This document shows, one piece after another, positions 56,351-64,000 of a DNA stretch of 64,000 nt. The notes beneath the pieces are model-generated. The model was not told where the DNA came from, searched no databases, and saw only the letters and a program-made list of their open reading frames with translations. This stretch comes from a virus. Lineage: Duplodnaviria > Caudoviricetes. The position numbers were made by a program, and so were the translations under genes. The stretch spans positions 1-64,000 of the IMG/VR virus record IMGVR_UViG_3300028591_000004, one strand, 5' to 3'. Position 1 is the stretch's first letter, and every line of letters begins with the position of its first letter.

Positions 56351-56773
56351 GGCAGCCATGGCGAGTACGGGTCAGTTGTTTTCGGGTAAGCAATGTCAAG
56401 GCAGCCGAGGTGAATTTTGTAAAGGTACGGTGCGCACGGGCAGCCATGTTCTGTTGAGTTGAGCTCTGCCGATGCACGTTAAGTTAAGTTGTGGCAGCCT
56501 AGGATGGGTATTGCACGTTTTGTTCCGCATCGGAGTGGCAGCCACGGTAAGTTCCGTTGGGTTTGTTGCGTGGTGAAGTGCGGCAGCCATGGTGTGTACC
56601 GGAGCTATTGGGAGTGCAAAGGTTTGGCAGCCTTGGTCAGTTGCGTAGTGTTACGGACGTGTATGTTAAGTTTCGGAACGGCAGCCTAGGTATGTACAGG
56701 TCTGTATGGGTCTCGTGCGAAATGGCAGCCAAGGACAGGAGCGTAATGTATAGTCCGCATGGGACGGGCAGCC
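56351..56773 (+). repeat. Non-coding array: 10 GGCAGCC motifs separating 9 units of 5-nt modules (candidate guide-RNA array)
   Basis: GGCAGCC at 56351, 56400, 56439, 56493, 56537, 56582, 56626, 56680, 56724, 56767; spacings 49, 39, 54, 44, 45, 44, 54, 44, 43. Confidence 0.9.
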
Positions 56774-56921
56774 GATATAAAATTGTCCGTGCAATGTCAC
56801 AGCCAATCCAATTCGCGATGGGGAGACGCGATCAACAAATATCTCCCTGCTTTTATTAAACGAATAGTGAATTCACCAGTCCCGCCGCAAGCGGCTGGAG
56901 ATAAAGAGAAAGGAGCCGCAG

Positions 56922-57284
56922 ATGCAACTCATCCGACTTAATCTCGACGGGACAACCGAATTAATACCATTCAACCCAAAAGATTCATTTTCCCAAATCA
57001 TCGAATGCGAATACATCGAAATAGTTCGACCAAGAAACTGCAAGCATTCGCTCATCGTAGACGAAGAGGGAAGGTTGAAAGAAAACAAAATAAACATTTT
57101 AGCGTCATATCTTTACGGCACACATTTTCATTATCAGCCTATTATGGGAACAGTGCTTGTTTGTGATATTACGCCATACGGAGAAATAACCGGACTAACT
57201 GATGATTCTGCGATTGAATTTAAAAAGAAACTAGATGACATATATTTGTTTGCGTTTAACATGATAAAGAACGCACTTGAATGA
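56922..57284 (+). CDS. DUF3846-like protein
   Basis: IECEYIEIV...LIVDEEGRLKENKINILASYLY..PIMGTVLV. Confidence 0.7.
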   Translation: MQLIRLNLDGTTELIPFNPKDSFSQIIECEYIEIVRPRNCKHSLIVDEEGRLKENKINILASYLYGTHFHYQPIMGTVLVCDITPYGEITGLTDDSAIEFKKKLDDIYLFAFNMIKNALE

Positions 57285-57530
57285 TTGTGCAGGCAAATTA
57301 TCTTTTTGAGGATGATGTTTTTTGAAAATTCAGCAAAAGATCGTAACTCTTAAAAACGAAAATCAACTGTATGAAGCAATGATGCGCAGGCCGGATGCAA
57401 CATACGAAGAGAAAGGCAATTACGGTCGGATGATCATGCAAAACAATAAAGAAATCAAAGAGCTGAAAAAAGAATTATATCAGGCAAAAAATGCTAAAGA
57501 ACTCTTAATTGAATAAAGCAAGAGGTTTAG

Positions 57531-57734
57531 ATGACAAAAGAAAAATATCAGGATGTTAAAGGCCTGTATGAAGGCAAACATGCTCCGAAAGAATATCATG
57601 TCTGGATGGTTATAGGCCCGGCAGGACCAATTATAGAGCGGAATATCTGGGGCCTGGATCAGGCTAAACAGTTTGTTCGCGGATCCTGGGATCACGAAAT
57701 CAGACGAGTTGAAGATGGGAGAATTATACCATGA
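57531..57734 (+). CDS. Small hypothetical protein
   Basis: RBS AAGAGG; coupled to next gene. Confidence 0.55.
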   Translation: MTKEKYQDVKGLYEGKHAPKEYHVWMVIGPAGPIIERNIWGLDQAKQFVRGSWDHEIRRVEDGRIIP

Positions 57735-58345
57735 CATGGACACCTGTAGCGGAACAATTGCCTAAGGATTATATTAACTTGTTGATCACAGTTAAAGAAA
57801 AGAAAACAGGTAAAAGGTATGTAATGTCCTGCGTGTGGAGCAGTGTCATTGATCTTGAAACAGGAGAAATTATCGGCCCTCCGACTTTTGCGGATTTGAT
57901 TTCCGAAGACGGAAGAATGATTTTTGTAGACTACCAAAAAAACAAAAGCATTGAAATTTTAGCGTGGATGCCATATCCAAGTCCGTACGAAGACCAATTC
58001 AGGGTTATCGTTGCCGGATCAAGATCTTTCAACGATTATGCTTTGCTGAAAGACAAGCTTGACAAGGCGTTTTTAAAGCATAAACCAACATCTATCGTAT
58101 GTGGTGAAGCAAGTGGTGCCGACACTCTCGGAAGGCGTTACGCTGAAGAAAACGGCATTAAGATAGACAGTTTTCCGGCGGATTGGAATACGCATGGAAA
58201 GCAGGCCGGCTATATCAGGAACGAAGAAATGGCAGGCAATGCGGATGCGTTGATTGCTTTTCATGTAAATAATTCAGCCGGAACAAGGCACATGATTAAT
58301 ACAGCGAAGAAAATGGGGCTTCAAGTAAGAGTAATTAACATTTAA
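57731..58345 (+). CDS. DUF551-like N-terminus fused to YspA/SLOG (DUF2493-like) domain
   Basis: RVIVAGSRSFNDY, CGEASGADTLG, PADWNTHGKQAGYIRNEEM, ALIAF. Confidence 0.8.
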   Translation: MTWTPVAEQLPKDYINLLITVKEKKTGKRYVMSCVWSSVIDLETGEIIGPPTFADLISEDGRMIFVDYQKNKSIEILAWMPYPSPYEDQFRVIVAGSRSFNDYALLKDKLDKAFLKHKPTSIVCGEASGADTLGRRYAEENGIKIDSFPADWNTHGKQAGYIRNEEMAGNADALIAFHVNNSAGTRHMINTAKKMGLQVRVINI

Positions 58346-58357
58346 AGGAGAAAACAA

Positions 58358-59005
58358 ATGAAAGAAACAATGACTGTGCATAAGGCTCTGAGTGAACTGA
58401 AAATCCTTGCGGATCGGATCAACAAGGAGATTAACAATCTGACTTTCCTGACAGTGAATAAGCATTCCAATGCCAAGATTGCAGGACAGTCGATTGAAAA
58501 GTATGTTAAACAGGTGCAGGACGACTACAAGTCCGTGATGACCTTGATTAACCGTCGGAATGCGATTAAGCGGGCTGTGACCAATTCCAATGCGATTACA
58601 AAAGTCAGAATTGGAGATGGAGAATATACTGTTGCTGAAGCCATCGACATGAAGGCGAACGGCATCAACTATCCTTATAGCATTCTGAATCGCATGGAGA
58701 CACAGTGGCGTTCTTGCAATGCTATGGCAGATCGGGAAAACGGGGAAAAGCTTGATCGCCGTGCGGATGAATACATAAAGTCTCTGTACGAAAATGCGGA
58801 CATGAAAAATATGTCCAGTGAGATTCAGAAAGTCCGGGAGAACTTTGTCGAGTCTCAAACCATGGACATTGTTGATCCTATCGATGTCCAGAAAGCTATG
58901 CTTAATCTGAAAAATCAGATTGACGCTTTCATGTCTGAAGTGGATTCCGCTCTGTCCGTTTCCAATGCCTTGACAACAATCGAGGTGGAATACGAAACGC
59001 TATGA
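58358..59005 (+). CDS. Helical phage protein, distantly DIP1984-like (uncertain)
   Basis: MTVHKALSELKIL...TVAEAI...VDSALSVSNALTTIEV. Confidence 0.7.
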   Translation: MKETMTVHKALSELKILADRINKEINNLTFLTVNKHSNAKIAGQSIEKYVKQVQDDYKSVMTLINRRNAIKRAVTNSNAITKVRIGDGEYTVAEAIDMKANGINYPYSILNRMETQWRSCNAMADRENGEKLDRRADEYIKSLYENADMKNMSSEIQKVRENFVESQTMDIVDPIDVQKAMLNLKNQIDAFMSEVDSALSVSNALTTIEVEYETL

Positions 59006-59178
59006 AAGAATTAGCAATTCACTGCTCGATTTATATTCAGAGTCCTGATGGATGGAACGAAGATGATCTTGATGACGATGCTTATAATGCATTGGATGCT
59101 ATCAGGACTGCTTCGTCTCTCCCCGGTGGATGGGATTTTGACTTTCAGATTTACGATACAAACATAAACGACGTATAA
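59002..59178 (+). CDS. Small acidic hypothetical protein (58 aa)
   Basis: ATGA overlap with previous stop. Confidence 0.5.
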   Translation: MKELAIHCSIYIQSPDGWNEDDLDDDAYNALDAIRTASSLPGGWDFDFQIYDTNINDV

Positions 59179-59185
59179 CAAACAT

Positions 59186-59577
59186 GCCTTGTGCGCGAAA
59201 ACTGTAAATGATATTCACTGCATGTTTCTTCGGATAACCATGCAGCAAATAAAAAACCGAAGACCTTAATAACAGCTTGTGAAAAAAGCTATAATGAGCG
59301 AATCGCACCTGAAATGCGAACAAATGTCTGCCGGGGCTATCATTAAGACCGGCGTAAAGCTCAAAGCATAAAGGTCAAATACAAAAGATAAAAATTTAAA
59401 TTTCAGTTTTTGTGAAAGTTTAAATAAGAATGATGACATTGTCACATAAAGATCAGAGACATGATCAATGCGCCATTGTCGCAAAAGTTCATGCAGTAAA
59501 CCTCGATAAAATCCCGGAGATACGGTTAGCGGATGAATATCCTGCCGCACAGAAAACCGCCGGGCTGCGCACAAGGC
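59186..59577 (+). ncRNA. Candidate 392-nt structured ncRNA
   Basis: Perfect 11-bp closing stem GCCTTGTGCGC/GCGCACAAGGC, several internal hairpins, 7x AAAnnnn heptamers. Confidence 0.6.
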
Positions 59578-59709
59578 TTTTTATATCAGAAGATGGTGTA
59601 CGGGACACACATTATGAGTAACAGTTCGACTCTGGTATTCTGGTCAAAACAAAAGAATGCTGAAATAAACTGAAAATAATTTCAACGGTCTGTTTCGTGG
59701 AGACACAAG

Positions 59710-60254
59710 ATGAGAAAAGTAATAACGGTAAGATTCTGGGTGGACGATGACTGGTGTGGAGATCCGGAAGTCGCAAAAAACTATATGGACAACGATAAGA
59801 TTAAAGAAGACATACAGACTGAAATAGAATATTGCTGGCATAATTTTGAAATGATAAACTTTGAAACAATGGAGATCTCAAATGAAAAAAGTACCGAAAA
59901 TACTGAAGATTTTGCCTGTAATTTACTTTAGCAAAGAGCCCGGAGAAACACAGGAACAGGCGGTAAAACGTTTTATGAATATATTAAAGGATAATGGAAT
60001 TGAAATAGAATCCTATAATGTTTCTGAGCTTGAAGGTGTAGATAATGAAAACGTATGAACTTGGAGTTGTAATAGAAGCATATAAAACAATTCTCATTGA
60101 GGCTGAAAGTGACGATGAAGCATGTGACAGGCTTCAGGAAATCTGTGAAACAAATACAATTTCTATAAACCCAACAGATGAGCCGAATGTTTTGATCGAT
60201 TACGTTGAAGAGCTTTCGGATAAGCCAATTATAAGTCTTTCGAAAGAACAATAG
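59710..60254 (+). other. Three small overlapping hypothetical ORFs (59710-59931, about 59882-60058, 60045-60254)
   Basis: Coupled ORFs with RBS-like sequences. Confidence 0.5.
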
Positions 60255-60592
60255 CTGGATATGATTACAGTATTACAGAAAAAAGATTTTTAGAGGGATT
60301 GAACTAGCCTTTTATGCGGAATATTTGTTTGATTAACTGAAAGATAAAATAGCATGTAAACGAAGATAACAAAAGCATTTTGGACAAGTAAACCGAAAAT
60401 TGTCTTTATTATTGGTTCAGCCCGATTGAATAATTTAACACCGTCGCAAGCGACGGTAAAATAAAATGAATTATTACCCATAAAACAAACTATCGCAAAC
60501 CGTAACAAAATCATTCTCTTTTAAAAACGACAAAACATATCTGTAGATTTTTATAAAAAAAGAGAAAGATTTTAAACAGTGAAGGAGAGGAA

Positions 60593-61078
60593 ATGTATTA
60601 TTTAATTGACAATGATCCTGATCAAAGATATGAACAGGGCGAAGAAGATAATGTAAAAGAAGAATGCATTTCGGTAGATTATTTTGAGAGCGATGAAGAT
60701 CGTTTTGATGAATATTTGAATGATACAGAAAGAAATGTAGAAATTTATGGATATGAATTTACCCCATCCGATGTCCTGAGGTCCAATGAAGGGTTTTATG
60801 AAAATGCATTAGAAGACTGGGCGAATGACATGGTCAGCAACGAATATGAAAATGCTGACTATGAGTTTCGCCATTGTTGTCCGGGAGATTCATTCTGGAT
60901 TTGCAATTATGAAATCTTTGTCTATGAAGACGAAGAGGAAGAAGAACCCGAATCTGCGGAAGATATTACTTGTTTAAAGGAACAAGTGGAACAGCAGATT
61001 AAGAAAGAAGAAGATCTGAGATCTGAAAACTCCCGTTTGGAAGATGCTTTCATGTCTGTTTTCCAATCCATTCAGTGA
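60593..61078 (+). CDS. Acidic hypothetical protein
   Basis: 161 aa, very D/E rich; RBS AAGGAGAGG. Confidence 0.65.
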   Translation: MYYLIDNDPDQRYEQGEEDNVKEECISVDYFESDEDRFDEYLNDTERNVEIYGYEFTPSDVLRSNEGFYENALEDWANDMVSNEYENADYEFRHCCPGDSFWICNYEIFVYEDEEEEEPESAEDITCLKEQVEQQIKKEEDLRSENSRLEDAFMSVFQSIQ

Positions 61079-61171
61079 AGACAATGCCGAAAGGCGTGTC
61101 GATAGCCCGTCCGTATCTTCGTATGCGGCTCCGGGCATTTTAAACTATTTTATTTAAAAAGGAGAAACAAA

Positions 61172-61783
61172 ATGTCTGTAGTGAATCTGACTCTCATTAC
61201 CAACCGAGGCAGGAAGGTCGACCAGGTTTCCGACAGTATGACCGTCCGGCAGATCTACGAAAAGTTCGATGTGAACTATGATGCCTGCACCAATACCATT
61301 GACTCTGTTCCGCTCCAGATTGGACAGCTGGATCAGAGCCTGCGCCAGCTCGGCTGCGGAGAATCCGTTCGTATGTCTTCTATTGTGAAGATGGACAACG
61401 CGGTTGAAGTCTTCATTGCCGGTTCTGCCGCGATTCTGAAGTCCAAGTACGATCTGGAGGATTGGAAGACTGCTCTGCGCTTCGATCCGGAGCTGGGTCT
61501 GTACAACGAAACTGACGAACCTATCTTCAAGGTGTTTGTCGAAGAAGGCCCCGGTTCTCTGAATGAAAACGGCGTTGTCTTCTCTGAAATCCCGAGTGAA
61601 GACGGGAAGGCTGTGGCGACTATCATTGTCGATCCGACTGCCGAGAACAAGCGCGAGCTTGTAAAGGCCCATCAGGGTCTTGCTCTTCTGCGGCTGAAGG
61701 AAGTCGAGGAGAATCTGGAAGAAGTTATCAACGACGCTAAGGAATCCGCAAAGGAGATCGATAAGATGGTGAAGGCCATCTAA
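61172..61783 (+). CDS. Protein with N-terminal ubiquitin-like (beta-grasp) domain
   Basis: VNLTLITNRGRKVDQVSDSMTVRQIYEK...LDQSLRQLG..VRMSSIVKMDNA; strong codon bias; JAB gene nearby. Confidence 0.55.
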   Translation: MSVVNLTLITNRGRKVDQVSDSMTVRQIYEKFDVNYDACTNTIDSVPLQIGQLDQSLRQLGCGESVRMSSIVKMDNAVEVFIAGSAAILKSKYDLEDWKTALRFDPELGLYNETDEPIFKVFVEEGPGSLNENGVVFSEIPSEDGKAVATIIVDPTAENKRELVKAHQGLALLRLKEVEENLEEVINDAKESAKEIDKMVKAI

Positions 61784-61849
61784 AATCTCCTTGCAAGGGG
61801 GCGGTGTAAAATCCGTCCCCTTTTTTTAAAATTAAAGGAGATTTAAACT

Positions 61850-63277
61850 ATGTTTTCGAAAGTAATTAGTGCTCCAATTGCACCTTTAACATTCAGTTAT
61901 TTGAACAACTTTACGAGGCCGGAAGGAGAGCTGGACTGGACTTTATCTTCTCTCGGTTTTGTTTTATTCCAGCCGAGAATTCCAGATTATAGTGGGATTT
62001 GCGGAAACTATACCCGTTTTATTGAACTTGATGCAAAATTAATTGATCAAATTCAGAAAACATGTGATAGAGAAAACAAGTCAACACCAAGTTTTAACTA
62101 TCATATATGTTTGGATCTTACAGAAAGTAAGTTACAAATAATTAAAAAGGCTATGACAACGATTGGACTGAGTGAACTTGAGCCAATCGAAAGATATATA
62201 GCCCAGCAACTTCTAATGAAGGATTTTGCTGTATTTATTCACGAAGAAAGTAATAGCGCCTTTATATTTGCACCTAGTACGAACATACAGTTGTATCACT
62301 TGTGCTTGGCGTTTACCTATACATTGTTTCCAGCTATATTCAAAAATAAACCTTTGTCTGATGACGAAATCCAGGTACTGAAATCTCTTTCGCATAAAAC
62401 GGCTGATTCATTTATAAGCTTAATGCAGAAAATGCTTCAGCCTGTGCGGAGTGTTATTCTGCGCACGGAATTGGCTTCGTGCTTCAGAGGTTTCCGTCAA
62501 GGCAAAATTTCAACGGCAGAAAACCGTGTTCATGCACTGCGTTCTCAAATAGAAGCAGTTCTCGAAGATTATAGGAGAAAAGAAACAGAACTTGAAAACG
62601 CAATTGTCATGTTAGAAGGTTTAAAAGTTATCAGCGACGGAGATAGCGAAGAAGAGAAAGAAGTCATTGAATATCTTTCAAAAGAACCTCGGATTCAGAA
62701 CATCAGTTATGATAGAGGCTCTTTGATCTTTGATGTAACAACACTCCTGACGAATACAGATGTCAAGAAATATGAAAATGCGGAGAAAACTCAGGGCATT
62801 TATGATGGATATCGAATTGCAAGTACAAATGTGTTCAACAATAAAGCAAACAGAATGATGTTGATGAAAGCATTATTTGCAAATCCAAATCCTGATTTGC
62901 GGGTTAAGATCAGTGGACATATTGTTTTCCAGCCGAGCACAAACTGGATGGATGCTCCCCGTGGACAAAATATAGATATGACTGATCCGATCCTTTCCAA
63001 TTGCCTGATTAATCCGCATTATAAACTTCATGGATGTCCAGGACGAAATAGAGATCAGATTATCCAATGCCTGCAGCAGGGCGACTTGATCTCTGCTATA
63101 GAGTGTTCAATTGCGGCAACCGGAAGCGTTAACATTGGAGAAACAGACATTACTTTCAGACCGTTTGTTCAGGAGATCCTAACCAGCGATAAAAGAATTA
63201 TTCAGCGTAGCGATGGAACAGACTTAACACCTGTTGAAGCCTTGTTGTGGCTTCAGACCAAGGAGAAAACGGCATGA
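61850..63277 (+). CDS. Hypothetical protein with C-terminal E2-like NPH..C motif
   Basis: LINPHYKLHGCPG; coiled-coil middle; coupled to JAB gene. Confidence 0.5.
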   Translation: MFSKVISAPIAPLTFSYLNNFTRPEGELDWTLSSLGFVLFQPRIPDYSGICGNYTRFIELDAKLIDQIQKTCDRENKSTPSFNYHICLDLTESKLQIIKKAMTTIGLSELEPIERYIAQQLLMKDFAVFIHEESNSAFIFAPSTNIQLYHLCLAFTYTLFPAIFKNKPLSDDEIQVLKSLSHKTADSFISLMQKMLQPVRSVILRTELASCFRGFRQGKISTAENRVHALRSQIEAVLEDYRRKETELENAIVMLEGLKVISDGDSEEEKEVIEYLSKEPRIQNISYDRGSLIFDVTTLLTNTDVKKYENAEKTQGIYDGYRIASTNVFNNKANRMMLMKALFANPNPDLRVKISGHIVFQPSTNWMDAPRGQNIDMTDPILSNCLINPHYKLHGCPGRNRDQIIQCLQQGDLISAIECSIAATGSVNIGETDITFRPFVQEILTSDKRIIQRSDGTDLTPVEALLWLQTKEKTA

Positions 63278-64000
63278 AGAAATTAAAACTAAGCAAGCAG
63301 GATAAAGAAAAGTTATTGGCTGAATTTTCGAAGAAAATTGATAAGTATGAAGATGAACTCAAAGACACAGAGATTTCTTTCGAAAAAAATCTCAGCGAAA
63401 AAGCAAAAGAAAAAATAACAATTTATTTTACGCCTGAGGCATACATTGAGTCTCAGGCGCTGGTAAAGAATTTTGATGGCGAAGTAGGCTGGCATGGGCT
63501 AATCGAAAAGATCGATGACAATGCGTACATTGTCACAGGGATTATTGTGTATCCTCAGGTTGTAAATGGAGCAAGGACTCTTGATCCAACAAAGACAAAC
63601 AAATGGTATGAGGATCACGAAGATGTTCTGGATCTGCTACACTTTCAGGCTCATTCACATGTAAATATGTCAACCAGTCCTTCGTCTACAGATATGGAAA
63701 ACCAAAAGAATATCGTTCGGAATCTGCAAGGAGAAGGATTTCAACTCTTTCAGATATGGAATAAATCCGGAGATATTAATTCATTCCTTTATGATCTAGA
63801 CAATAATGTTATGTATGACCGTAACGATATTCAGATTGAGATCGTAAAAGAAGATAACTCGACAGTCTCTGAATTTATTCAGAAAGCGAAAGAAATGGTA
63901 GAGTCCATGCCTGTAACTGTTCCTAAGAAAACCGTCACAGCAGTAACTCCGAAATATGGCAGTTATGCATGGACAAACAATGATACCGTAGAAAATAAAT
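63274..64000 (+). CDS. JAB/MPN+ metallopeptidase (partial, runs off right end)
   Basis: EVGWHG...HSHVNMSTSPSSTD matches the E...HxH-x7-S-x2-D JAMM motif. Confidence 0.85.
   Translation, partial: MKKLKLSKQDKEKLLAEFSKKIDKYEDELKDTEISFEKNLSEKAKEKITIYFTPEAYIESQALVKNFDGEVGWHGLIEKIDDNAYIVTGIIVYPQVVNGARTLDPTKTNKWYEDHEDVLDLLHFQAHSHVNMSTSPSSTDMENQKNIVRNLQGEGFQLFQIWNKSGDINSFLYDLDNNVMYDRNDIQIEIVKEDNSTVSEFIQKAKEMVESMPVTVPKKTVTAVTPKYGSYAWTNNDTVENK

Noticed and set aside
56351-56773. Canonical CRISPR array
   Set aside because: Constant part is only 7 nt, the intervening sequences have internal 5-nt periodicity, and no cas1/cas2 is present; reported as a different array type
56172-56941. Short ORFs overlapping the array
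   Set aside because: No RBS, and a 5-nt period with 39-54-nt units is incompatible with a coding repeat

Overview
A 64-kb segment of a large tailed phage (siphovirus-like, SPbeta-type gene order). The host is probably a Firmicute (Bacillota), judged from AGGAGG RBSs and sigma-A-like promoters. Positions 1-39064 carry a minus-strand morphogenesis module: terminase, portal, scaffold/protease, capsid, neck, tail tube, -1 frameshifted tail chaperones, a 5658-aa tape measure protein (TMP), Dit and a tail-tip protein. A small plus-strand PIF1-helicase cassette interrupts it. From about 39.5 kb a plus-strand early/accessory region carries a YonO/RdRP-like single-subunit RNA polymerase, RNase HI, SSB, macro and SLOG domains, many small ORFs, 6 tRNAs and a Ubl/E2-like/JAB operon. 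Main observations: (1) a Cas7/RAMP-like gene and a partner gene followed by a non-coding array of GGCAGCC-delimited units built from 5-nt (GNN+NN) modules, a candidate non-CRISPR programmable RNA-guided system; (2) a second RNAP-like domain (DFDGD) fused to the N-terminus of the TMP, a candidate injected virion RNA polymerase; (3) two recurring phage-specific promoter-like motifs; (4) a 392-nt structured ncRNA candidate with heptamer periodicity. All functional calls come from motif recognition by eye; no searches were run.
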